From Candidatus Omnitrophota bacterium (GTDB lineage: Bacteria > Omnitrophota > Gorgyraeia > Gygaellales > Profunditerraquicolaceae), in assembly GCA_963805065.1 (NCBI GenBank), contig CAWDSS010000012.1:44174-108173 (forward strand): 64,000 nucleotides of DNA, given 5' to 3'. A program made the translations under genes and the position numbers. The notes beneath the pieces were generated by a model. The model was not told the DNA's origin. It saw nothing but the letters and a program-made list of their open reading frames with translations, and did no database searches. This document shows positions 50,775-61,115 of the stretch, in pieces. Each line of letters opens with the position of its first letter. The stretch's first letter is position 1.

Positions 50775-51602
50775 CTAAATAATTTCCAGGCTTATATCTA
50801 CAGAATCTAGGGAATGGGTAAGCGCACCGATAGAAATCATATCGACGCCAGTAGAGGCAACTTGCTTTACGTTATTTAGGGTAATGCCGCCAGAGGCTTC
50901 TATTTTTACAGGAGAGCCGTGTTTAAGCCTTACTGCTCTTTTCATATCTTCAATGCTCATGTTATCCAACATAATAATATCCGGCTTCAAATTTAAGGCC
51001 TGCTTGAATTCTTTAATATTTTTTACCTCAATTTCTATTTTTTCCGGGCTTTTGATTTTGGGCAACCTATCTATGCCGCCGACTACTTTCAGGTGATTAT
51101 CTTTAACAAGCACCATATCATCCAAATACATCCTGTGGTTAAAACCACCTCCGATTCTCACCGCGTATTTTTCCAGAATCCGTAACCCAGGAATAGTTTT
51201 ACGCGTATCAATAATCTTTGCTTTGTAAGGCAAAGCAGCCTCAACAAACTTCCTGGTTTTAGTAGAAACAGCGCTCAACATGCTTAAAAAATTCAATGCC
51301 ACACGTTCGGCGGTTAAGATACTCCTTGCTCTCCCCTCAACCTTAGCCAAAATCTTGCCTTTTTTAACGCTTGCACCCTCCTTAACCAATGCTTTGAATC
51401 TAATATTCTTATCAATTAATTTAAATACGTATAGAGCAACTGCCAGGCCGCAAATCGCGCAGTCTTGTTTTGCCAAAATAACTGCTTTTATGGATTTATT
51501 TACAGGAATAACCAAATCAGTAGTAATATCTTTCTTACCGATATCCTCGCTTAAGGCCCTTACAAATAAATCTTTAATATTAAGCTCGTTATTGTAATTC
51601 AT
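50775..51602 (-). CDS. nadC: nicotinate-nucleotide diphosphorylase (carboxylating)
   Basis: 275 aa with TAERVALNFLSMLSAVSTKT, DTRKTIPGLR and MLDNM. Confidence 0.85.
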   Translation of the reverse strand: MNYNNELNIKDLFVRALSEDIGKKDITTDLVIPVNKSIKAVILAKQDCAICGLAVALYVFKLIDKNIRFKALVKEGASVKKGKILAKVEGRARSILTAERVALNFLSMLSAVSTKTRKFVEAALPYKAKIIDTRKTIPGLRILEKYAVRIGGGFNHRMYLDDMVLVKDNHLKVVGGIDRLPKIKSPEKIEIEVKNIKEFKQALNLKPDIIMLDNMSIEDMKRAVRLKHGSPVKIEASGGITLNNVKQVASTGVDMISIGALTHSLDSVDISLEII

Positions 51603-54288
51603 TGTGCATTTTCTCTAACCTTTTTAATTCATCTTCTAATGCCGCTTTGCTTTCCTTTTCCTTTTCCACAATTTCCTTGGGAGCCCGTTTTAAGAAGTCA
51701 TCGTTTTTTAACATCGCCTGTTTTGATTTGATGATTTTTTCCAGGCTAAAGATTCTTTCTTTAATCTTACGCTGTTCAGCCGAAATATCCAGTATGCCGC
51801 TAAAATGCAGGTAAATATCGGTATCCTCAACCGCAGCGCTAATCGTAGACTGCGGCCTCTTGTTTACAGCAAGAAATTCCAGCTCTTCTAATTTAACCAG
51901 GTTTTTAATTAATCCGGCATTTTCCTTAATTAATTTGATTTTAGCTTTATTATGAGGGTAGATTGAGACGTTAACCTTCTGTTCAGGCTTAATTTCAATG
52001 GAGCTACGCATATTCCTCAACTGGGTGATAATATTAAAAATAGACTGTGCTTGCTTTTCCAGTTTCTTATCGATAATTTGTTCCTGAATATGCGGCAAAG
52101 ACTGGAGCATAATAGAGATTCCCTCATGAGGCAGCCTTTGCCAGATGTCTTCGCTGATAAACGGCATAAACGGATGCAGGATCCTTAAGAATTTCTCCAA
52201 AACCTTAAACATAACCAGCTGATTATCTTTGTTTTTTATATCAGGCTTGATTATTTCCAAATACCAGTCGCAAAATTCATGCCAGAAAAAACTATAAAGG
52301 CTATTGGCTGCTTCATTGAATTTGAATTCATCGAGGTCCTGATTTACCTCTTTTAATACCGAATAAAACCTGCTTAATATCCAGCGATTAATTATATCTA
52401 AATCTGCCTTTCTGAAAAACCTGGCATAAATCAAAGTTTACATTGCCTTCATCAAGGTTCATCATGATAAACCTTGAGGCATTCCAGATCTTATTGGCAA
52501 AATTTCTCCCTTGTTCAAAACTCTCTCTTTGATAAGAATACATCCTGTCCTTGCGCAGTAATGGATATCAGGCTGAAACGTAATGCATCGGTTCCGTATT
52601 CATTGATAATTTCCAGAGGGTCGATGATATTACCCAGCGATTTTGACATTTTCTTTCCCTCAACATCGCGCACTGTGCCATGGATATAAACATCCCTAAA
52701 GGGCTTCTTACCCATGAATTCAAATCCTGCCATAATCATCCGGGCAACCCAGAAGAAGATTATTTCAGGAGCAGTAACCAAGGCTGAAGTCGGATAAAAA
52801 TATTTCAGATCTTCAGACTCATTTAGGCCAGTAGAATGTGGCAAACGGCCAAAGCCAGGATGAAAACCAGGTATCCAGTACATCATCATCCTGATAAATT
52901 TCCGTTGAGCCGCAATGGGGACACTTTGATGGTTTGCTACGGGAAACAATCACACCTTCTTCTATTTTTGACTTTTGGCTTTTTACTTTTGACTTCAGAA
53001 TTCCCGTTTCGTAACATTCTTTACAATAATAAACAGGAATTCTGTGCCCCCACCATATCTGCCTTGAGATACACCAATCCTGGATATTCTCCATCCAGTT
53101 TAAGTAAACCTTTGTCCAACGGGCAGGATAAAATTTGATTTTTCCCTTTTTCACCGCATCAATGGCTGGCTTAGCCAAAGGCTTCATTTTCACAAACCAC
53201 TGCTTGGATAAATACGGCTCGATTATCGTATGGCAGCGGTAACAATGCCCCGCGGATAATTGATGCGGCTCAATTTTTTCCAGCAACCCCTTTTCTTTTA
53301 AATCTTCTAATATCACTTCCCTTGCTTCAAACCTGTCCATATCTTTATAATCGCCGGCATTTTCATTCATTCTACCGTCGGGATGCATGACATTTATAAA
53401 TTCCAGGTTGTGCTTTTTGCCTAAGGCATAATCATTGAGGTCATGCGCAGGCGTTACCTTAACAGCGCCTGTGCCGAATTTCATATCCACCATACTATCA
53501 GCAATTATTTTGATTTCCCTGTTTACTAAAGGCAAAATCAGGGTTTTACCGATTAATTTTTTGTAGCGTTTATCTTTGGGGTTAACTGCAACCGCAGTAT
53601 CGCCTAGCATTGTTTCCGGCCGAGTAGTAGCAACCACTATATATTCCAAACTTCCCGTCTTAATCTTTCAAGCGGATATCTTAAATAATACAGATTACCC
53701 TGCAATTCATGATGAGGAGCTTCTTCGTCAGACAAAGCGGTTTGGCAGCGCGGGCACCAATTAATTATATAGCTTCCCCTGATAAATTAATCCTTTTTCA
53801 TAAAGCCTGATAAAGACCTCTACCACAGCTTTGGAATATTCATCGTCCATAGTAAAACGCGTCCTGGCCCAATCGCAGGAGGCGCCTAATTTCTTAAGTT
53901 GTTTAATAATGGTTGAGCCGTATTGCTCTTTCCAAAGCCAGACCCTTTCAATAAATTTTTCCCTGCCTAAATCCTGGCGCTTTAAACCTTCTTTGGCAAT
54001 AGCTTTTTCTACCACATTCTGTGTAGCGATGCCGGCATGGTCAGTACCCGGCATCCAAAGAGATTCTTCGCCCTTCATACGATGATACCTGATAAGTATA
54101 TCCTGGATGGTATTATTCAAAGCATGGCCCATATGAAGAATTCCGGTTACATTAGGCGGAGGGATAACTATACAGAAAGGCTTCTTGGCTGCGTTTGGTT
54201 TAGCGTAGAATTGGTGATTTTCTTCCCAAAACTTATACCATTTATCTTCCGTTTCTTTTGGATTATAACGGGTAGGAATTTCATTCAT
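51589..54288 (-). pseudogene. valS: valine--tRNA ligase, split into 4 fragments by frameshifts as sequenced
   Basis: Fragments carry [14 protein letters not shown] (HIGH), [26 protein letters not shown] (KMSKS) and a C-terminal coiled coil. The breaks are near 53650-53760, 52820-52830 and 52435-52515. Confidence 0.9.
52966..52993. repeat. heptanucleotide tandem array, A-rich family, inside the valS coding sequence
   Basis: TTTTGAC TTTTGGC TTTTTAC TTTTGAC. It encodes [10 protein letters not shown] within the Zn-knuckle region of ValRS. Confidence 0.8.
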
Positions 54289-54295
54289 CGTTAAC

Positions 54296-55864
54296 CTAAC
54301 TAACCTTATCCTTTAATAATTTATACTCAACGCTATCAACAAGGGCTTGCCAGCTGGCCTCAATAATATTTTCGTGTACGCCGATAGTGCTCCAGGAATC
54401 AGTTTGGTCCTGAGACTGGATAAACACGCGCACGCGCGCGGCAGTGCCTGCCTTTTCATCCAACACGCGGACTTTAAAATCAGAAAGATGCATCTTGGAT
54501 AATGTGGGATAGAAATCTTTGAATGCTTTTCTAAGTGCATTATCCAATGCATTTACCGGGCCGTCACCTTCAGCAGCTGTATGTTCCTTTGCTCCTTTGA
54601 CTTTTAATTTGATGATTGCTTCTGAGGTAATCTTTTTATCCGAGCGTTTCTCAATAACAACCCGAAAACCCTCAAGATCAAAGAATTTCTTATATTTCTT
54701 AAGCGTTTTCTTCATCAACAGCTCAAAAGATGCCTCCGCCGCCTCAAAATGATAGCCTTGGCTTTCCAGTTTCTGAATAAGCTTTAAAAGTTTTTTAGTT
54801 TTAGGGTCCTCTTTGCTTAAATCGAATTCCAAATCTTTTGCTCGTACGAGGATTCCGGTTTTGCCGGCTAGTTCAGAAACCAGAATTCTGCGCCTGTTTC
54901 CGACGATAGTAGGATCAATATGTTCATAACTTTTGGGGTTCTTCATCACGGCATTGATATGTACACCTGCCTTATGCGCAAATGCTGACAAACCAGTATA
55001 AGGTTGATCATCTCTCAAGCGCATATTGCTGATTTCGCTTACAAAATGAGAAACCTTGGTCAATTCTTTTAATTTATCATCGCGAATGCAATCAATCTGC
55101 ATTTTAATCTTAAGGTTGGCAATAATAGGAATTAGATCCGCGTTTCCGCAGCGCTCGCCATATCCATTAATTGTGCCTTGCACCATATCAGCGCCAGCCT
55201 CAACCGCAGCAAGCGAATTAGCTACAGCTAAACCGGCATCATTATGACAATGGATACCCAATGAAACTTTAATTTGGGGAAGAATTTCTTTGACTACCTC
55301 CTGTATTCTGGAAGTAAGCGTACCGCCGTTTGTATCGCATAAAACAATTGCTTTGGCACCTGCTTCCTGGGCGGCAAGAATACACCTTAAGCTGTATTCT
55401 CTATTCGCATTATAGGCATCAAAAAAATGTTCCGCATCATAAAAGACAATCACGCCTTTTGAAACCAGAAAAGCCACTGAGTCCCTGATCATGTTAAAAT
55501 TTTCATCGAGTGTAGTTTTTAAAACATCCCGCACGTGCAAATCCCAGGTTTTTCCAAAAATTGTTACTACCTTTGTCTGTGATTTTAGAATAGATTTCAG
55601 GTTGCTATCTTCACTTGCTTTTGAGTTGGCCTTGCGCGTTGAGCCGAAGGCAACGAGCTGACTTGTTTTTAATCGCGTCTTAGCCATTTTTAAAAAGAAT
55701 TCCATATCCTTCGGATTAGAGCCGGGCCAGCCTCCCTCAATATAATGGACACCCAGCATATCCAATTCCTGGGCAATGCGTATTTTATCCATTACAGAAT
55801 AGGAAATTCCTTCTCCCTGAGAACCGTCGCGCAATGTAGTGTCATATAGTTTCATTTTAGGCAT
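54296..55864 (-). CDS. cimA: (R)-citramalate synthase / 2-isopropylmalate-synthase family
   Basis: 522 aa with [48 protein letters not shown] and [16 protein letters not shown]. Confidence 0.8.
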   Translation of the reverse strand: MPKMKLYDTTLRDGSQGEGISYSVMDKIRIAQELDMLGVHYIEGGWPGSNPKDMEFFLKMAKTRLKTSQLVAFGSTRKANSKASEDSNLKSILKSQTKVVTIFGKTWDLHVRDVLKTTLDENFNMIRDSVAFLVSKGVIVFYDAEHFFDAYNANREYSLRCILAAQEAGAKAIVLCDTNGGTLTSRIQEVVKEILPQIKVSLGIHCHNDAGLAVANSLAAVEAGADMVQGTINGYGERCGNADLIPIIANLKIKMQIDCIRDDKLKELTKVSHFVSEISNMRLRDDQPYTGLSAFAHKAGVHINAVMKNPKSYEHIDPTIVGNRRRILVSELAGKTGILVRAKDLEFDLSKEDPKTKKLLKLIQKLESQGYHFEAAEASFELLMKKTLKKYKKFFDLEGFRVVIEKRSDKKITSEAIIKLKVKGAKEHTAAEGDGPVNALDNALRKAFKDFYPTLSKMHLSDFKVRVLDEKAGTAARVRVFIQSQDQTDSWSTIGVHENIIEASWQALVDSVEYKLLKDKVS

Positions 55865-55875
55865 ATTTTACCTCT

Positions 55876-57096
55876 TTACCTTGACAAGCCGAATTTTCCG
55901 TGTAAAGCGCGCACAGCTGTTTCTGCAAATTTATTCTTAATAATACAGGAAATGCTGATATCTGAAGTTGAGATCATCTCAATGTTAATTTTATTTTTTG
56001 CCAGGGTATCAAACATAGTGGCAGCGACTCCCGGATGAGACTTCATGCCGACGCCGACAACCGAAACCCGCGCAATATCTTCGTTCTCCAAAACTTCCCC
56101 TGCTTGGAAATGGGAAGCCATTTTTTTGGTAAGCTTTATCGCCTTTAAAGCCTCTGATTTAGAAATTGTGAATGAAATGTCGGTTTGGCGTAAGTGGCTT
56201 ACGTTTTGCACAATCATATCTACGTTTACTCCGGCACCGGCTAACTCCTTAAAAATCTTGGCAGCCATTCCCGGCTTGTCAGGGACGTCACAAATCGTAA
56301 TCTTCGCTTCATTCCTATTCAATGTTACGCCACTCACAACCACGTCTTCCATTCTTCTAACCTCCTTAATAATCATGGTTCCCGGTTTATCGGAGAATGA
56401 CGAACGCACATATATCGGGACATCGAATTTCTTTGCTACTTCAATGGAACGAGACTGCATAACCTGCGCTCCCAAAGAAGCCATTTCCAGCATTTCATCA
56501 TAAGTTATCTCTTCAATTTTTTTTGCCTCCGGGACAATCCGCGGGTCGGTAGTATAAATACCTTCAACATCAGTATATATTTCACATTCATCAGCCTTGA
56601 GTTCCTTTGCCAAGGCCACAGCTGTTAAATCCGAGCCTCCGCGGCCAAGCGTGGTAATATCACGGTTGAGGGTAACTCCCTGAAACCCTGCCACGATGAC
56701 GATTTTTCCTTTTTTTATCTCTTCTTTTATTTTATCAGCATTGATTTTAATAATCCTGGCACGGGTGTGGCTGGCATCAGTGATAATCCCCACTTGTGCC
56801 CCGGTAAAAGAAATCGCTTCAAATCCCAGCTTATGTATTGCCATGGCTAACAGAGATACGGAGATTTGCTCTCCCGTGGACAATAACATATCCATTTCAC
56901 GCTCAGAAGGCTGGGTATTTATCTGGTTAGCGAGTTTAATGAGATCGTCCGTCGTATCTCCCAATGCAGAAACCACCACCACAACATTATATCCGGACTT
57001 TTTGTAACTTACCACACGCTTAGCTACGTTTTTTATACGCTCTACATTGGCAACGGATGAACCGCCGAATTTTTGAACAATCAGACCCTTACGCAT
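55876..57096 (-). CDS. lysC: aspartate kinase
   Basis: 406 aa with IVQKFGGSSV, GRGGSD and C-terminal ACT repeats. Confidence 0.9.
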   Translation of the reverse strand: MRKGLIVQKFGGSSVANVERIKNVAKRVVSYKKSGYNVVVVVSALGDTTDDLIKLANQINTQPSEREMDMLLSTGEQISVSLLAMAIHKLGFEAISFTGAQVGIITDASHTRARIIKINADKIKEEIKKGKIVIVAGFQGVTLNRDITTLGRGGSDLTAVALAKELKADECEIYTDVEGIYTTDPRIVPEAKKIEEITYDEMLEMASLGAQVMQSRSIEVAKKFDVPIYVRSSFSDKPGTMIIKEVRRMEDVVVSGVTLNRNEAKITICDVPDKPGMAAKIFKELAGAGVNVDMIVQNVSHLRQTDISFTISKSEALKAIKLTKKMASHFQAGEVLENEDIARVSVVGVGMKSHPGVAATMFDTLAKNKINIEMISTSDISISCIIKNKFAETAVRALHGKFGLSR

Positions 57097-58300
57097 TTTG
57101 ATTTCTCCCCGATAACAAATAATCCATTAACTCGTAACCTTTTTCAAAATAAATATCGGAATTTTGCGCCTCTTTTTCGCAGTACTTGGAAAAATTCCCC
57201 GCCGGGATATCCTTGCCGAAAATACCAAACAGAACCGGTTCTGCCGTGTGAGTCTTTACTGAAATTGGCGTAGCATGGTCCGGTAAAACTAAGATGCGAA
57301 AATCCTTCTTCTTTTTGTATGCATTTAATATTGTGCCTACGACTAATTGGTCGAACCTCTCAATTGCATTAATCTTTTCCCGCAAATCTCCGTTATGCCC
57401 TGCTTCATCAGGAGCTTCAACATGCACAAATACGAAATCGTTTTTCTCCAAAGATTTTAATGCTGCTTTGGCTTTCCCTTCATAATTAGTATCATAATAT
57501 CCTGTTGCGCCGGGGACATTTATCACTTCCAGGCCCAATAGCCTGCCTAAGCCTTTAATCAAATCTACAGCTGAGATGACACTGCCTGTTAGTGCGTATT
57601 TTTCCGTAAATTTTGGCATGGAAGGCTTCTTGCCCTGGCCCCATAGCCAAATCATGTTGGCGGGATTTTCTTTCAAATCTATTCTTACTAAATTTATTTC
57701 ATGTTTTTCCAATATTTTACGGGATTCCTCCATTAATTTAACCAAAATTTCAGCACCCTCTCCTTTAGGAAGATTCTTAAGAATGCTCTGCCCGGAAATA
57801 TCATGCGGAGGCTTACATACCAAAGAATCAAGATGGTCATCAGTGCCTCTTTTTACCAGCATTACATGCCTGTAACTTACCCCGGGGTAAAATTTAATCC
57901 TCTCGGTTCCCAGGCTTTTGTCAATAAATTCAATAATAGTTTTTGCTTCTTTTGAACTTATATGGCCTGCGCTGTAATCTACCAGCGTATCTTGCGAAGC
58001 AGTGATTAAATTACAACGAAAAGCCACGTCATTATCCTCAAGATCTATTCCTAAATTTGCTGCTTCCAGAGGCCCTCTTCCAGTATAATATTTTTGTACG
58101 TCGTAACCAAAAATTGTAATATTTGCCACGTCAGAACCAGGAGTGGCTTTATCTGGAATAGTCTTTACCTTGCCTAATTTGCCGTTTTTGGCAATAAAAT
58201 CCATGTTCGCAGTCCTCGCCACTTCCAAAGGAGTCCTGCCATTTAACTCCTGGACAGGATAATCTGCCATCCCGTCGCCGACTAAAACAATGTATTTCAT
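57089..58300 (-). CDS. cofactor-independent phosphoglycerate mutase (archaeal aPGM) family protein; candidate non-canonical homoserine kinase
   Basis: 403 aa with MKYIVLVGDGMADYP...GRTPLE...PGSDVANITIFGYD...HVEAPDEAGH. It sits between lysC and the hom/thrC cluster, and no thrB is visible in the window. Confidence 0.7.
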   Translation of the reverse strand: MKYIVLVGDGMADYPVQELNGRTPLEVARTANMDFIAKNGKLGKVKTIPDKATPGSDVANITIFGYDVQKYYTGRGPLEAANLGIDLEDNDVAFRCNLITASQDTLVDYSAGHISSKEAKTIIEFIDKSLGTERIKFYPGVSYRHVMLVKRGTDDHLDSLVCKPPHDISGQSILKNLPKGEGAEILVKLMEESRKILEKHEINLVRIDLKENPANMIWLWGQGKKPSMPKFTEKYALTGSVISAVDLIKGLGRLLGLEVINVPGATGYYDTNYEGKAKAALKSLEKNDFVFVHVEAPDEAGHNGDLREKINAIERFDQLVVGTILNAYKKKKDFRILVLPDHATPISVKTHTAEPVLFGIFGKDIPAGNFSKYCEKEAQNSDIYFEKGYELMDYLLSGRNQNA

Positions 58301-58342
58301 AATAAGTATGGATTCTCGCTGCTAGGTTATCGGCTGTCGAAA

Positions 58343-58370
58343 GAACCAAAAACCAAGAACCTAGAACCTA
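58343..58370. repeat. heptanucleotide tandem array, GAACC family (4 units)
   Basis: GAACCAA AAACCAA GAACCTA GAACCTA, between the lemA stop and the aPGM-like gene start. Confidence 0.85.
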
Positions 58371-58385
58371 ATTTTCTATCAGTTC

Positions 58386-58943
58386 CTAAAACTTTACTTC
58401 CGGAACTGCTTTTGCTTTTTCTTCAGCCTTAAAATATTCGGAGGCAGGCTTATAACCAAACATGCCTGCTATTACGTTACCCGGGAACATCCTTACGGTT
58501 ATATTAAAATCTTTTACCGAGTCATTATAACGCATTCGTTCTACTGCAATGCGGTTTTCTGTCCCGGATAATTCATCCATTAGCCGCAAAAATGTCTGGT
58601 CAGCTTTCAAATTAGGATAATTCTCTACGACCAATAACAACCTCGCCAATGCAGCATCAACCTGTGAAGCTGCCTGGACTTTTTCATCAATACTGTTTGC
58701 CTTTGCCCATTGGGAACGCGCATTAGTTACATCCTCAAATACGGTTTTTTCATGCGCAGCATAACCTTTTACAGTGTTTACCAGATTAGGAATCAGATCA
58801 TTTCTTCTTTGCAGTTGATTTTCAACCTGCGCCCACTTAGCAGCCATTGTTTCATGTTTTGAAACTATTCCGTTATAGACTGAAATGAAAGATATAAAAA
58901 TTAAGACTGCTATGACACCAATGATTATCATAATCTTTTTCAT
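58386..58943 (-). CDS. lemA: LemA family protein
   Basis: 185 aa with an N-terminal TM helix and QLQRRNDLIPNLV...YPNLKA...ENRIAVERMRYN. Confidence 0.85.
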   Translation of the reverse strand: MKKIMIIIGVIAVLIFISFISVYNGIVSKHETMAAKWAQVENQLQRRNDLIPNLVNTVKGYAAHEKTVFEDVTNARSQWAKANSIDEKVQAASQVDAALARLLLVVENYPNLKADQTFLRLMDELSGTENRIAVERMRYNDSVKDFNITVRMFPGNVIAGMFGYKPASEYFKAEEKAKAVPEVKF

Positions 58944-58958
58944 GTTTAACCTCTCCTT

Positions 58959-59714
58959 TTAGAATCCTCCGCCTGCCCCTCCTCCTCCGCCACCACCGCC
59001 TCCAAAGCCGCCTCCGCCAAATCCACCCCCTCCGAATCCACCACCGCCAAAACCACCGCCTAGCCAGCCTCCCAAAAAGTAACCACTGCCCCTGCGACTT
59101 GCCACAGCAAAGATATATATCCTTGTAATTATAATCATAATCATTAAGGCGAAAATAAACAAGGTTAGCTGCGATGAAGTTTTGTCAGGATACGTGGGTG
59201 CCACTAAGACGCCTTCTAAATTGGCTAACGATACGCCGGAATTTTTAGCGATAATATAAGCGATTTGCTTTGTGCCTTCATATAACCCTAAAGCATACTC
59301 GCCGTTTTTAAAATACGGCACCATGTAATTACGGCCGATTTCACCGCAAAGGCCGTCAGGCAAAATCCCTTCCACTCCGTAGCCGGTTTCAATGCGCCAG
59401 CGTCTTTCTTTAACAGCTAACAGCACTAAGACACCGTTATCTTTGCCTTTTTTGCCTGGTTTCCAATTGTCAAAGAGCATTCTTGCGTACTGAATCTCAT
59501 CATAAGGTGCAATAGAAGTTACTGTTACAACCGCAATCTCAGAGGATGTTTTCTCTTCCAATTCCTGGATTACATCCGTCAATTTTTGCCGGTAATCCTC
59601 ATGAATAACATTCGCGAAGTCATTAACCCAGCCTTGAGGTTGCGGATAATTTTGAGCGTATGTAAAGAGCGGAAGAGCTAAAAAAACAATAGACAAAAGC
59701 AAGAGCTTGCGCAT
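58959..59714 (-). CDS. TPM-domain (YgcG-like) protein with a TM helix and a Gly-rich tail
   Basis: VNDFANVI...EIAVVTV... (TPM domain), a TM helix, and a C-terminal GGFGGGGFGGGG tail. I prefer the ATG at 59714 (MRKLLLL) to the track's TTG at 59732. Confidence 0.75.
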   Translation of the reverse strand: MRKLLLLSIVFLALPLFTYAQNYPQPQGWVNDFANVIHEDYRQKLTDVIQELEEKTSSEIAVVTVTSIAPYDEIQYARMLFDNWKPGKKGKDNGVLVLLAVKERRWRIETGYGVEGILPDGLCGEIGRNYMVPYFKNGEYALGLYEGTKQIAYIIAKNSGVSLANLEGVLVAPTYPDKTSSQLTLFIFALMIMIIITRIYIFAVASRRGSGYFLGGWLGGGFGGGGFGGGGFGGGGFGGGGGGGGGAGGGF

Positions 59715-59718
59715 GCAA

Positions 59719-60441
59719 TTAAAGTTTATCAACTATTTTGATGAGCTTTTCTACTTCTTTCACAAAACTCGCAAACAACTCCTCAACTCCATCGGATTTT
59801 ATTTTTATCGTCTTACTCTTAATAGCCAATAATTTGTCCCATAGAGGTTTGTCAATCTGTAATTGCTCAGATAATTGATTTATGATGTCCTGTTTAAGGT
59901 ATAAAGGCTTATTGCCTTTTAAGCGCAACACGTTCCTTGAGATATGTAAAACAGATGTGAATGATTTTGTTAAAACGCTAAGCAATCCAGCCTTGTTTTC
60001 ATTAAGGCTTAAATACGCATGTTTTAAATTAAGGAGTTTGCCTTTTAATTCCTGCTCGCATTGGAATCTCAAATTAAAAGTACTAATTTCAATATTCTTT
60101 AAAATATCTTCTCCATATAAAATAAAGTAATTTTCCTGCATATCCAGAAATTCGATAGGGAAAACATCCGTAGAGCTGGCAATATAATCCTTGGTCAAGA
60201 ATAAAGGGATGATTGATTTGAATTTCGAAACTACTCCGGATGATTTCTTCAATTCAACGGGGTCCGTATTATTCAGCACAACCAGCACATTTAAATTAGA
60301 ATGTTTATGCACAAATTCCCCACTAGCAGCGCTCCCATAAAGGATTACAGAAACCAAATCTTGTTGATAAATCTCTTTTAAAACATCAGTAAATCGTTGC
60401 AACAGATTTTTGAGTTTTTCAGGCAATTTTAATTCCGGCAT
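59719..60441 (-). CDS. nucleotidyltransferase-domain protein
   Basis: LVSVILYGSAASGEF...SNLNVLVV, followed by a helical C-terminal half. The ATG at 60441 has a GGAGG RBS. Confidence 0.55.
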   Translation of the reverse strand: MPELKLPEKLKNLLQRFTDVLKEIYQQDLVSVILYGSAASGEFVHKHSNLNVLVVLNNTDPVELKKSSGVVSKFKSIIPLFLTKDYIASSTDVFPIEFLDMQENYFILYGEDILKNIEISTFNLRFQCEQELKGKLLNLKHAYLSLNENKAGLLSVLTKSFTSVLHISRNVLRLKGNKPLYLKQDIINQLSEQLQIDKPLWDKLLAIKSKTIKIKSDGVEELFASFVKEVEKLIKIVDKL

Positions 60442-61115
60442 AAGCAACCTCCAATTATATCTATCAACTTGCAACTCATGACCTTCTTATTTGCTAATTC
60501 CATGGATATATTTTCCTTATCAATAACGTATGCCAAGTAATGGTTATCTGTAATAGAATTGGCAACGACGATATCCAAATTAGCCCGGTGCAAAAGTTTC
60601 TTTGCCTTTTTTTTAAGCAGCTGTTTGTTTACTTTGGGTTCAAATTTAAATCCCACCACTAAAGAAGACGGGCTTAACTTTTTTAAAGAATCGATTATTT
60701 TAGGAGTAGCCTTTAGCTTAAGTTGCCAGCTTTCTAGCCCCGAACTAATTTTAGAATTAAAATATCTCAAAGGCTTATAATCAGAAACTGCCGCTGAATG
60801 TATAATAATATCGTATTTTTTACGTTTTAGTTCCAACCTCATCAGCTTCTCTAGTTCTTCAAAAAACTTAAAGCGTATAAGCTTTATTTTTTTATCCAAA
60901 CAGCATGATTCAACCGGGCCTAAAAGTAATGTGACTTTAGCGCCTGAATCTTTTAATTTTTCGGCTAACAAAATACCGGTTTCACCTGATGCTGTGTTAC
61001 TTATTACCCTCACCTTGTCTATTGAAACCCACGTCGGGCCTGCGGTGATTAAAACTCGTTTGCCACTTAGGGTTCTAGGTTTTAGGTTCTTGGTTCTTGC
61101 TCTATCAGTAGCCAA
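60429..61115 (-). CDS. coaB: phosphopantothenate--cysteine ligase (stand-alone CoaB)
   Basis: [30 protein letters not shown] and AAVSDY. The N-terminal 15 aa are encoded by a heptamer repeat. Confidence 0.75.
   Translation of the reverse strand: MATDRARTKNLKPRTLSGKRVLITAGPTWVSIDKVRVISNTASGETGILLAEKLKDSGAKVTLLLGPVESCCLDKKIKLIRFKFFEELEKLMRLELKRKKYDIIIHSAAVSDYKPLRYFNSKISSGLESWQLKLKATPKIIDSLKKLSPSSLVVGFKFEPKVNKQLLKKKAKKLLHRANLDIVVANSITDNHYLAYVIDKENISMELANKKVMSCKLIDIIGGCLCRN
61069..61096. repeat. heptanucleotide tandem array, GAACC family, inside the coaB 5' coding region
   Basis: AGGGTTC TAGGTTT TAGGTTC TTGGTTC. It encodes [11 protein letters not shown]. Confidence 0.8.

Noticed and set aside
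54313-54552. Small same-strand ORFs nested in other frames (54313-54552 within cimA; 58149-58349 over the aPGM-like start; 22688-22918 within polX; 1964-2200 within GH57).
   Set aside because: They lie in alternative frames of well-supported genes and have no motifs or RBS.
58962-59060. A C/G-rich short tandem repeat (cctcc gcc acc ...) that looks like a microsatellite or regulatory repeat.
   Set aside because: It is the in-frame coding sequence for the Gly-rich tail (GGFGGGGFGGGG...) of the TPM/YgcG-like protein, which is typical of that family.
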